From the NCBI GenBank assembly GCA_964016885.1, contig OZ024755.1:33728001-33792000 (forward strand): DNA of 64,000 nucleotides, given 5' to 3'. Position 1 is the first letter of the stretch; every line of letters begins with the position of its first letter. Positions 39,161 to 50,779 of this stretch are shown here, piece after piece. The translations under genes and the position numbers were made by a program. The notes under the pieces were generated by a model. That model saw only the letters and a program-made list of their open reading frames with translations. It had not been told where the DNA came from and did not search any database. This DNA is from Eledone cirrhosa (lineage: Eukaryota).

Positions 39161-39498
39161 CACATGGCTTAGTGGTTAGAGCATTGGCCTTGCAATCGAA
39201 AGGTTGTGAGTTCAATTCTCAGACCGGGTGATGTGTTGTTTCCTTGAGCAAGACACTTTATTTCACGTTGCTCCAGTTTACTCAGCTGTAGAAATGAGAT
39301 GATAGGGACTGGGGTCCATATCATTCCACTGTAAAGTGGTCGTGGAGGTGCCACGGCAAAAAAGCACCCAGCACTCACTGGAAATGAGGTTGGTGTTAGT
39401 AAGGGCATCCAGCTGTAGAAATCAAGCCAGAATCAGTTCCCGTCCCACCCTTGCAAGCAGGGAAAAGTGGATGTAAAATGAAATGATGATGATGATGA
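39157..39498 (+). mobile_element. SINE family B
   Basis: Full-length match, following (GA)n. Confidence 0.9.
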
Positions 39499-40559
39499 TA
39501 TATATTTTTTTTTTTCTCAACCTGTTAGTTCTTTCGTTACTTTGGTATTGTGTGCTAGATTTTGCCTAACCACAATGTTCAATTTGTCAAGCTATTTAAA
39601 CGTATGTTATTACTCTGAGGACCTACCTTGTCGAGTGCTTTGCTAACTCATTCATATAGTAGGTCGAATTTGCTTGCACACCGCCAAAGATTCGACTTTA
39701 CTAAGCATCCAATTATATATATATATATATTTGGAAAAAGGAAAAGAATGACTTCACTTGTATTTAATATTCTATTACAATTTAATTTCATAATTTTACA
39801 ATTTTGCTATGTAGATCTAATAAGTCCATTGTTAACTTTGGTGGAAAGTTAGATCCTTACATCATAATATAATTTAAGAGTGTTTTAAATATCAGCTTAC
39901 TTAAGAAGGAGATGGTTATTGAATTAAATTCTTCCAATTATATGATTGTTTTCCAAATTATTTGAAATACCTAGAATTTCATTGTCATCATCATCTTCGT
40001 TTAACGTCCATCTTCCACAGTAGCATGGGTTAGACAGGAGTTGTCCCACTTGAGGCAAGGTTGGTCGGGTGACCGTGTCTCGCTCATATAGGACTATCTG
40101 GTAGGTTTTCTACGGCTGGATGCCCTTCCTAACACCAACCACATTTACAGTGTGGGACTGGGAGGTTTTTACCATGTTACCTACACGGCCACATTACAGT
40201 GTGGACTGTGCGCTTTTTTCTCGTGACACCTACACGATCTCGATCTCGATCTCATTAATTTGGACTGGATGTTGTGGTACCAACTTTACAGAGAGGGGGT
40301 GGGTCGGTGGGAGTGGGAGGATAGGGTAGGGGTAGTGGATTGGGGTGTATATTTGGTTAAGAGGTGCCTACTGACTGTAGGTTTCGCTTTGTACATAGGC
40401 AAAGCGGGTTTTTAGAAATGGTAATGAAAGCATTTACACCAGCACCCGGAACTTGGGTGTCTTGAACATTTAAAGAATAACTAGAAATAAATATATAGTG
40501 AATAAACATTATATTATTCCAATTATTAATTTATTTAATTTTTTGTGTATCAACTGATT

Positions 40560-40790
40560 ATTATAGCTTCAATCCACAAACTCTCTGATAGGTTTGTGGT
40601 CAATCCCGTCGCAGTGGAGACTTCTGGTGTCCTTGGCCCTAGGGCCACCTCATTGCTCACCATCATCAGCACAGAGTTGGCTACCTGCAGGAGTAAGCCT
40701 CACAAGCTCTTCCAGCACATTTTCCTCAGCATCCTCCAGGGAAATGCTTTCTCCATTTTGTCCACTGGGGCTGCAGGGCGAGCCAGTACA
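40560..40790 (+). mobile_element. CRE-like (restriction-like endonuclease) non-LTR element, C-terminal remnant
   Basis: PVAVETSGVLGPRA...LFQHIFLSILQGNAFSIL. Confidence 0.65.
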
Positions 40791-40807
40791 TGGGTCCCCA
40801 ATAGCAA

Positions 40808-41265
40808 GAGATGGGGAGAGTGGGAGAGCCGGAGGCAGTGACAGTGGGAGTTTGGTTCCTTTGTGTTCAGACCTGGTGTATATGAGAGATGGGGAGAGTG
40901 GGAGAGATGGAGGCAGTGACAGTGGGAGTTTGGTTCCTTTGTGTTCAGACCTGGTGTATATGAGAGATGGGGAAAGTGGGAGAGATGGAGGCAGTGACAG
41001 TGGGAGTTTGGTTCCTTTGTGTTCAGACCTGGTGTATATGAGAGATGGGGAGAGCGGGAGAGACGGAGGCAGTGATAGTGGGAGTTTGGTTCCTTTGTGT
41101 TCAGACCTGGTGTATATGAGAGATGGGGAGAGCGGGAGAGACGGAGGCAGTGACAGTGGGTGTTTGGTTCCTTTGTGTTCAGATGAGAGATGGGGAGAGC
41201 AGGAGAGACGGAGGCAGTGACAGTGGGAGTTTGGTTCCTTTGTCTTCAGACCTGATGCATATGTC
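40808..41265. repeat. 78-bp tandem repeat, about 6 copies
   Basis: gagatggggagagtgggagagatggaggcagtgacagtgggagtttggttcctttgtgttcagacctggtgtatatga, directly 3' of a CRE-like remnant. Confidence 0.95.
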
Positions 41266-44094
41266 TATGTTTCACAGACACACACTCATGTATGTTATAA
41301 CTATAACAAAGAAACAATAGCAAGATATGGAAAGGGAGACAATCACATCTACTGCAGGCCCATTGGTTGCTATTGAGGTCAATGCAGTTACAATGCCTGT
41401 AAAGGAAATTTTCGTTCTGAGTTCAGTGTTGCTGTGTTATGATTTTTCCTTTGTTTCCTATTGTCCTTAAAATCAAACTCTCATGCCTTCTTGAAGGATA
41501 AGGATAAAGATCCCATAACTCCTTGTGGAATCGTAGAAGCACCGTCATACGGTGTGTCTAGGGCACTTTTAAACCTGTGGAGCCCAACCCTCTCCAGGTC
41601 TGAACACAGCCAATTTTTTCTATAGAGGAAGAATCTATCCCAGTACTGGACTGGTTCTTTTTTTATTGACCTAAAAGAATGAAAGGCAAAGTTGACCCTG
41701 GCGGAATTTGAAGTCAGAGTGTGGCGATGAGGTGGGATGAATACTGTAAAGTATTCTATCTGACCTCTTAACAATTCTGAAGAAGGAGTGAAGAGTGTGT
41801 TATAAAGAAATAGTAAACCATTAAATTTTGTGTGTCATCTTTATAAAGTTTATTTTTGTGTGTAAAATATTTATTTTGAAATGTATCTGAGTAGATTTTT
41901 TAGTGTTATGAATGGAGACATGGGTACTTCAGATTTTGAATGCTTTTGTTGTTATTATTCTTGTAAAATATATTTTGGTAGATTATTTGAAAATGTTGCT
42001 TAGTAGAGATTTTGTGTGTATTTTCAATATTTCATAAAATACTAGGTTTTGTAGGAGGATAATGCAGTTCTTTGATAACATACATATACTGTAAAATGGT
42101 TGTGTAGTTGACAATCAAAAATCATCCAGTATACACTGTAAAGTGGTTGTGAAGGTGTCACAATAAAAAGCACCCAGCACACACTGTAAAGTGGTTGTGT
42201 AGGTATGATGACAAAAAGTACTCAGTCCATACTGTAAATGTGGTTGGTGTTACAAAAGGCATCCAGGTGTAGAAACCAAGTCAGAACTACTTCTGTATGA
42301 GCAAGACACAATCACTTGATCTGACTTGTCTCACAACAGGACAACTCATGTAACCCATGCTAGTGTGAAAAATAGACATTAAATGGTGATTTGTGTGCGT
42401 TGATAGTTAGACCCAAATTCCATGAAAGCCATCACTACCTCATCTTTTTTTATTTTTTGGTACAATATATTCAGCATTGATTTATATTGCATATCTAACC
42501 ACTTTGAAGATGGTGAGGTGGTATTTAAGGAAGATTTGGTTACAATTTCTTGTAGATTCAGCAGGCACAGGGAAGATTCTATGCTAGCTCAATCTATGGA
42601 AGGCCATACTGGCTTCATACATTATTTTTATTTTTCTCCCCAATTTACTTATAGTTGCACTTGTGAGGCTGCTGGAAATGAGATGCAGGTTATGGGATCA
42701 CCTTAGGGGCTTCATTTCAGGTTTTCTGTAATGCTTCACTCCTACTTTGGCTTTTCCAAGTTTATGAGATGTAGGTGCAAGACTACAACTATGTGATCAT
42801 TATTACAAATGTTGATAGATTCAATTTATTATGCCTCTAGACATGGTATAATATTCTGCTAAATTGACAGCATATTATTTCTCCTCAATGGTTGAGTGAC
42901 TCGAAATAGGAATGACATCTAATTGTAAAATAAATTGTGTCAAAAATATATGCATGATAAAACTCTTGTATGAGGGGACAACATAATACAATCTGTGTAA
43001 TGAAATTTTATCTGCCAATTCTTGTAACTGATTCACGATAGAGCAGTGAATATAATTGCATCATGTATACATGGTAACCATCATATTTACAGCCAGCTCT
43101 GCAACACTGGTATACAGGATTAACCCTTAAAGTAGTTATATATAGTTTTTACTGCTTTAAATAATCTGTCACAAATCTGCTTCAATTAGTAGATCATGGA
43201 GTTAGCAAATCAACAAATTCTTTACTCATATTATTATCATTATTAAGATATCATAATATAATAAAGGGAGAAGTGCGGGACTGTGTCCTAAATATATTTT
43301 TTTATCCCGTTAGTAAAATAAGTTGGATTACTTTGAATAAATAATGAATGAATATTACATAATTTATCTACTAAATTTCGTAGCTGTTGATTAAACGTAA
43401 ATATTCTTATATATAATAATTGCTTATTTTAAGATTCACTTCTTATAAAATTTTCAAATGTCAATACTTCCAGTTATGATATAACAGACGCTATATTATA
43501 TCGCTTATATAAACTTTCATATATTTGGATTGTTATATCATAACGTTTATATTGCTTACAATATCAATATGCATACTACACATGCTAGCAGAAAACTACC
43601 GAAAGGGTGGTTTTTCTGTTAGTATTTTATTAATACAATATATAACGTTGAAAGAGATAGAAGGCTACACAATGCAAAATGGACTGTAACGAAAAGTTAC
43701 CTGGTAATATTTGTTTTGTTTTTTGTTGTTGTTTTATTTTCTGTCCAATATTTCGTGACCTAAAAGTCCCTTCTTCAGGGTTTAAGGAACTTTCAGTGGA
43801 TAATGTTCCAATTTCCTTTCTTTGGGATTACATTTTCTAAGTAGTTTTCAAGCATTTTTTAATGGTTATTTTGCTGCTCAGGAAGATGAGTTCAATTGCC
43901 AATATAGTGTTTCGTGAAATCAATTTTCTTTTTTGCACGAGATTTTAGATAGTTTAGCCTTCTGTCTCTGTCAATGTTATATATCAAATACAATGCTTCA
44001 AACAAACTACAACATATTAATACAATATATGTTGTTCAGATATCTAAAGATTAAGTAAGGAGTTCCCTTAATTATATAGAAAATTTATTGATTG

Positions 44095-44445
44095 AAGCGC
44101 TTTTGGAGTAATGTTACTCAATAAAGTGCATAGCTTGGAGATCAGAGAGTCACTCCAGGTAGAGCCGCTACTTCTCCAAATTGAGAGGTCAGAGTTCTGA
44201 TATTATGGGCATGCGGTTAGGATGTCTGAGGAAAGAATCACTGGACAGATTTTACGAGCAAAACCAACCAGCAGGAGACCCAGAGATGGACCCCGAGCAA
44301 GATGGTTGGATAACATCCATGAGCTTGGCTGGTCTTGCTTGGGGATCCAGAGAGGGTTGCTTCTGACAGGACCCACTGGAGGAGGTGTTTGAGGACTCTA
44401 CCCACACGGCCCTCTCAGGAATATGTGGGCATAGAAGAAGAAAGA
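44095..44445 (+). mobile_element. RTE (Expander-like) LINE 3' fragment
   Basis: IRESLQVEPLLLQIERS..YYGHAVRMSEERITGQILRAKPT. Confidence 0.75.
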
Positions 44446-44620
44446 AGAGATCTGGTTGCTGCATTGAGCAGGTCAAATATAGAAATAGAAAATTGATCAT
44501 GGGTTATATATGTAATCATTTTACTAAACTGTTAATTGAAAAGAGATGAATAGCTAAGAAACTCTCATTTATAATAGTTTTATTAATGTGAAAACTGAAG
44601 TTTGTGTATTATGTCAAAAT

Positions 44621-44733
44621 CAGGCATGTCAAACTGAGGGTCCCCCGAGGGACACAACAACTAATTGCACACATTACAATTAATTTTACAAAGGGCAGCA
44701 TGCAGCCCGCGGACAGCATGTTTGATATGCCTG
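44621..44733. mobile_element. Short hAT MITE
   Basis: TIR caggcatgtcaaac/gtttgatatgcctg; 8-bp TSD gtcaaaat/gtcaagat. Confidence 0.8.
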
Positions 44734-44894
44734 GTCAAGATCATTGACAGCGTCTAAAATATACCAGTCACACAACAATTGCATCTCAGAAAAATAATTT
44801 AATTCTTAAAATAACACAAAAGTACTTCTAGAATGATAAAGAAAATGCTCTTTCAATATTTTAAAGATATTCTTGAGACTAAACCTTCAAAATA

Positions 44895-45078
44895 ATAATT
44901 GTTTCTACTTTAGGCACAAGGCCAGCAATTACCCAGTGCATTACTGGTACTTTATTTTATCGACCCCGTAAGGATGAAAGGCAAAGTCAACCTCGGCGGG
45001 ATTTGAACTCAGATCGTAAAGGGACGTAACTATGCTGGAAAGCATGCCGTCCGACCCTCTACTGATACTGCCAATCCA
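44895..45078 (-). mobile_element. SINE family A
   Basis: Consensus match, flanked by the repeat aaccttcaaaataataat. Confidence 0.85.
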
Positions 45079-45239
45079 ATGGCCACAATTTAACCTTCAA
45101 AATAATAATATCTTTCAGATAACCAAAATTCATCAAGTATAAGGCTGTTTTGACTGTTTAGCCCTATATTGGTGCTAGTTGAACATATCTGTTCAAATTC
45201 ACTGCAGCCATGACCAGTCCATTTTATTTTATTTTCTAG

Positions 45240-45680
45240 GCATAATGTAAGTTACCATGCTTCGTTGGATGTGCAATTTAAGTGGGAGAGAAAGGCAGAG
45301 CTTGGATGAGCTGAGGGGGAAGCTGGGTTTAAGAGGAATCAACCATACTCTGTTGGATGTGCAATATAAATGGGAAAGGCAGAGCTTGGATGAGCTGAGG
45401 GAGAAGCTGGGTTTAAGAGGAATCAGCCATACTCTGTTGGATGTGCAATATAAATGTGAGAGAAAGGCAGAGCTTGGATGAGCTGAGGGAGAAGCTGGGT
45501 TTAAGAGGAATCGGAAGTGGTGTACAGGAGAGAAGACTACGTTGGTATGGACACGTGATGTGCTCGAACAATGACCAATTGGTGAAGAAATATCAGGAAA
45601 TCCCAGTGGAAGAAAGCTGCTACAGTAGAGGAAGACTAAGAAAGACCTGAGGAGCGGTTGTGAGAGCTGATATCAAATCG
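45240..45680 (+). mobile_element. RTE LINE 3' fragment with an ~85-bp internal triplication
   Basis: MLRWMCN..RQSLDELREKLGLRGI (x3) ..QERRLRWYGHVM..RGRLRKT. Confidence 0.8.
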
Positions 45681-46240
45681 CCACCATCATCATCATCATC
45701 ATCATATCACTACCATCATTATCATCATCACGTCACTACCATCATCATCATCATCATCACCACCATCATCATCACCATCATCACTATCACCACCATGATC
45801 ATCACCATCAACATCACCACCATCATCATCACCATCATCCCTATCACCACCATCATCATCAACGTCACCACCATCATCATCACCATCATCACTATCACCA
45901 CCATAATCATCACCATCAACATCACCACCATCATCATCATCATTATCACCACCACCATCATCACCATCACCATCATCACCACCATGCATGGGTTGTCTCT
46001 GGTACAGAAATATATCTAACATACATGGAGGCACATGAATCAGTTCCCGCCCCACCCTTGCAAGCAGGGAAAAGTGGACGTAAAATGATGATGATGATGA
46101 TGATACAGATATGTTTGTGTTAATAACTATCATGAAGCTTTTCTTATTGAGTTTCCTTCATCTATTTACAGATTCATTTCAGTGTAATGATGCTTAGAAG
46201 AGACACACATTCAATGCCTTTGGTGAATTTCAAGTGAAAT

Positions 46241-46749
46241 TAACTATATATTGTTATACTTTGGGTGGGTCATGTTGCCAATAAGAAACACACGCACCAG
46301 TTGCTTTCACTTCAATTTATTATAAATTAAATTTATAAATTTATAAATTTCCGTTTGGCTGGTTGGTTCCACAACCAGACGATTGTTTATATATTGTCAA
46401 AGTTCTTTCGTCACACATTCTGTGACCTCTTCAGTGACAGGGGATTCTTTTCTTTGTTTTTGTGCCTCTCCTTTGTTCTGTCCTACGCCATCTTGTTTTT
46501 GTGTGACGAAAGAACTTTGACAATATATGAACAATCGTCTGCTTGTGGAACCAACCAACCAACCAGAAATTTATAAATTCCTAAATTTATAAATTTAATT
46601 TATAATAAATTGAAGTGAAAGCAACTGGTGCGTGTGTTTCTTATTGGCAACATGACCCTCCCAAAGTATAACAATATCGGTTTCAACACACGTTTTCAGA
46701 TAAAGAATCTTGCTAAACAAATTCAGAAACGAAATAACTATATATTGTT
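46241..46749. mobile_element. PLE-like inverted pseudo-LTR insertion with target-site duplication
   Basis: About 170-bp inverted arms (46248-46417 and 46500-46678), a hammerhead, and the 15-bp direct repeat taactatatattgtt at 46241-46255 and 46735-46749. Other family copies at about 6615-6745, 10902-11172 and 11852-11915. Confidence 0.7.
46395..46439 (-). ncRNA. Minimal type I hammerhead (family H1)
   Basis: Minus strand: tgtca-CTGAAGA-g-gtcaca(gaatg)tgtgac-GAAA-gaac-TT-tgaca. Confidence 0.75.
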
Positions 46750-46902
46750 TTCCTAAAATTTATTGTTAAGAAGATTGCTTAAATTATATAATTTAATAAT
46801 GTTTCACCTAAGTTTTCAAGTAATATGATTTCTGTTTTCTCATGTACTAACAAAGCTTGAACTGTATAGGTCCATTTGCTGGTGTTTACTTACATTCTAG
46901 TT

Positions 46903-47300
46903 TTAACCCTTCATCATTTACATCACTCTATATATACTACTACCTTTTCATAGTAAAGGCTTTCTCTTATTTCACATAATATTGCATCTATGAGATTTTG
47001 ATATTATTTATTTTGATGGCGGTGGATTGGCAGTATCGGTGGAGGGTCAGACGCCATGCTTTCCTGCATAGTTACGTCCCTTTACGATCTGAGTTCAAAT
47101 CCCGCCGAGGTTGACTTTGCCTTTCATATTTACAGGGGTCGATAAAATAAAGTACCAGTAATGCACTGGGTAATTGCTGGCCTTGTGCCTAAAGTAGAAA
47201 CAATTATTTATTTTGAGAACAATACCTTAACATCAGTATGTGTGGCCAGTTAGCGCAAGTTTCTGGCCAGATATGGTTGGTTTAAATGCTAAAAGGTTAA
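46903..47300 (-). mobile_element. piggyBac-like MITE with a nested SINE A
   Basis: Decayed TIRs with TTAA at both ends. Partial copies also at about 28250-28444, 36820-37007 and 54020-54193. Confidence 0.75.
47018..47205 (+). mobile_element. tRNA-derived SINE family A (about 190 bp), full length with TSD
   Basis: A-box-like tggcagtatcgg, B-box gagttcaaatcc, central gcctttcat..ggggtcgataaaataaagtaccag, (att)n tail. 14-bp TSD attatttattttga at 47003-47016 and 47203-47216. Confidence 0.9.
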
Positions 47301-48207
47301 AGAATAATTGAACCACTTCACAAATCATGCTAGTGTGGAAAATGGCCGTTAAACAATTATGATGGTGGTGGCAATGGTGGTGGTGGTGGTGGTGATTATG
47401 ATTGTGGTGGTGGTGGTGATGATAATGTTGGTGGTGGTGGTGGTGGTGATGGTGATGATGATGATGATGGTGGCAATGGTGGTGGTAGTGGTTGTGATGA
47501 TAATAAGGACGTTGCTAATGATGATGATGATGGTGCTGGTGATTGTGGAGATGATAATGATGAAGTTGGTGGTGGTGGTGGAGGTGGTGGTGGCGGTTGT
47601 GATGATAATGACGGTGGTAGTGGTGGTAGTGATGATGATGATGATAATGATGGTGGTGGTAGTAGTGGTGGCAGAGATGATAATGTTGGTGGTGATGATG
47701 ATGATGATAATGATGGTGGTGGTAGTGGTGGCGGAGATGATAATGATAGTGGTGGTGGTGATAATGATGGTGGTAGAGGTGGTGGCGGAGATGATAATGA
47801 TGAAGGCGGTAGTGGTGGCGGAGATGATAATGGTGGTGGTGGTGGTGGTGGAGATGATAATGATCACATGAAGTTGTCTTTTATCTTTCTATCATCAGTA
47901 AGTTCTGTCATAGTAAAATATATATTTTCTCACCTGCATTAAATACTTATTAGATCGTTAGATGTAATACTGCTGAAGGCTTTTGATAACAAGATTGCTC
48001 TAAGACAGATTTCATTTATAAAGGGGTAACATTTAAATATATTAAACTAGGATTTTTTTCAACATGCTGATACTTATGTGTATATATATATGTGTGTGTG
48101 TGTGTGTGTATGTGTATATGTGCATGTGAATGCATTTATATGTATGAGTAGATAAGTATAAATGCGCAAACACAGACACACTTACAAAATACTTTCAGGC
48201 ATACATT

Positions 48208-48544
48208 GGAGGCACATGGCTTAGTGGTTAGAGCATTGGCCTTGCAATCGAAAGGTTGTGAGTTCAATTCTCAGACCGGGCGATGTGTTGTTTCCTTGAG
48301 CAAGACACTTTATTTCACATTGCTCCAGTTTACTCAGCTGTAGAAATGAGATGATAGGGACTGGGGTCCCTATTATTCCACTGCAAAGTGGTCGTGGGGG
48401 TGCCACGGCAAAAAAGCACCCAGCACTCACTGTAAATGAGGTTGGTGTCAGGAAGGGCATCCAGCTGTAGAAATCAAGCCAGAATCAGTTCCCATCCCAC
48501 CCTTGCAAGCAGGGAAAAGCGGACGTAAAATGAAATGAAATGAT
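48208..48544 (+). mobile_element. tRNA-derived SINE family B (about 335 bp) with an RTE-type 3' tail
   Basis: tRNA-like head ggaggcacatggcttagtggttagagc...gagttcaattc, CORE-like ccttgagcaagacactt, and tail cccttgcaagcagggaaaagcggacgtaaaatga. Confidence 0.9.
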
Positions 48545-48636
48545 ATATATATATATATATATATATGTATGTGCGTGAATGTGTGTGAGCGTACATAGGC
48601 ATGTATATATAAATGTATATCTGTGTTGTGTGTATG

Positions 48637-48692
<56 letters not shown>

Positions 48693-48714
48693 CATATACA
48701 TAATATAATATACG

Positions 48715-49526
48715 TGAATATACGTGAATGGCAAAGCATAAACGTACTAAGGGAGAAATTAGGAATAAGAGGGATCAGATGTTGTTTACTCGAGAGAAGA
48801 CTACGTTGGTACGGTCAGGTGATGCGCATGAAAGATGACAGCTGTATAAAAAAGTGCAGGGCGATAAAAATAGACGGTAGCCACGGAGTAGGCAGATCCA
48901 GAAAAACCTGGGACGACTTGATAAATTCCGACTTCACACACTTACACCTCTCCAAGACAATGTCACTGGACCGAGATCTTTGGCGCTACACAGTAATACA
49001 GAAGACTGCCTAAGTACAAAGCGAAACCTACAGTCAGTAGGCACCTCTAACAAAAATAACCCCTGTCCCACTACCCCCACCCCATCCACATCACCCCCTT
49101 CAATGTAAAGTTATGTTGGTACCACAGCATCCAGTCCGAAACAAATGAGGTTGTGTAGGTGTCACGACAAATAAACACACAGTCCACGCTGTAATGTGGC
49201 CATGTAGGTAACACGGTAAAAACCTCCCAGTCCACACTGTAAATGTGGTTGGTGTTGGGAAGGGCACCCAGCTGTAGAAAACCTGCCAGATGTGTAGGTG
49301 TCACGATAAAAAAACACACAGTCCACGCTGTAATCTGGCCGTGTAGGTAACACGGTAAAAACCTCCCAGTCCACACTGTAAAAGTGGTTGGTGTTAGGAA
49401 GGACATCCAGCCGTAGAAAACCCGCCAGACAGTCCTATACGAGCAGGACAACCAATCTTGCCTCAAGTGGGAAAACTCCCGTCCAAACCCATGCAAGCGT
49501 GGAAGATGGACGTTAAACGATGATGA
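48715..49526 (+). mobile_element. RTE LINE 3' end with long 3'UTR (homolog at 39985-40420, minus strand)
   Basis: LREKLGIRGIRCCLLERRLRWYGQVMRMKDDSCIKKC...GRSRKTWDD, then 47-bp units and the (gat)n tail. Confidence 0.85.
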
Positions 49527-50779
49527 TATATATATATATATAAATGCATACATAGAAATACATATATATATATATATATATTCCATTTGTAAAACTATTA
49601 TATTTTTTGTTGTTTTTTAACATTTATTTATTTATTTTTATCAATTTTAGAATTGATTTTTTTTGTATTATCAACATTAAAGAAAAAAAAATGAATATTT
49701 TTTTTTTCAAATGAAAAAAATGCAACAAAGCACAAGAGAGATGTGAATATGTAACAGAACATAACAGAGATATCCAGTATTTTTGCTGGAGACAGACTTA
49801 AGTAACTAAAACCATAGATTCTATTTGCAAACAATAAATCATTTTAGTTGTAGAACAATAAATAAGAGGAAAAAACTAAACAGAAATAGTTACTTTTTGT
49901 TAGTCAACCATTGAAATCTGCATATAAACTACTAGAAATAATGGAATATCTACAGAAAATACTTCATATATTTAATATCTTCATTTTGTATATTTAGAAA
50001 GGACATTTATTTATTTTTTTATATATATTTTATTAATTTAATATTTGATTTTTTTTATTCTTAAATATTTTTTTTTTTTTTTGCATGACATTTTTATTTA
50101 TTTTTTAGCATGACTTTTATGTGTTTGTTTTTTTTCTTACATCTTGTTGGAGTTTTAACATTAGTGTTTTGTTCCATTATTGGACATTAGAGATTTGTTC
50201 CAGTAATAAAATCAGTGAATCATCAATGACAAAATTGTTGCTCATTCTCAATTTTTGCATTCTGCCAGTGAGTATATTTGCTGATTTATGGTCAGGAAAA
50301 TTACTGGATCCACTCTAAAACCAAACTTACAATTCCTTCTACTTCTAACCATAACTGTGTCTCAATTTACGAATTTGAATTTAAACTTTAACAAGTGTTT
50401 TGTTCCTAGTCTGCTAAACTTTTGAATCTATGTTCTTTTATATAATTAATGCTTTCTTTATTTTTTATTTATTTATTTATTATTTATTTTTATTTTATAT
50501 AATTAATGGGGGAAAAGTATTTGAAATTTGATAAAATAAACTTTTGCTAATTTTGTCATGACAGATTAATTCATTGTAGGAAACTCAATGAAATTTGCAG
50601 CCATGCAGTTATACTTATTCCAGTGACTCTGTGCCTAAAACTAATCTCAGGGATCTCCTTAATTCAGAGAAAAAAACACATAGAAGCTGAAAAATAATCG
50701 AAACAAAGAAAGGAGTAGAAATGACTTAAGATAACTTATTATAGTATAACAGATATGAATCTAAAGTAGCTATCATAGC

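Noticed and set aside
39624-39700. ctgagga..gtaggtc-gaat hammerhead candidate
   Set aside because: GAAA is absent, stem II is out of register and stem I is missing. Similar failures at 5132(-), 53271, 37703 and 37938.
47934-47999. Minus-strand exon-like segment with a gtgag donor
   Set aside because: Stop codons in all three frames.
48208-48280. tRNA genes at SINE heads
   Set aside because: Acceptor and anticodon stems do not pair, and each head continues into a SINE body.
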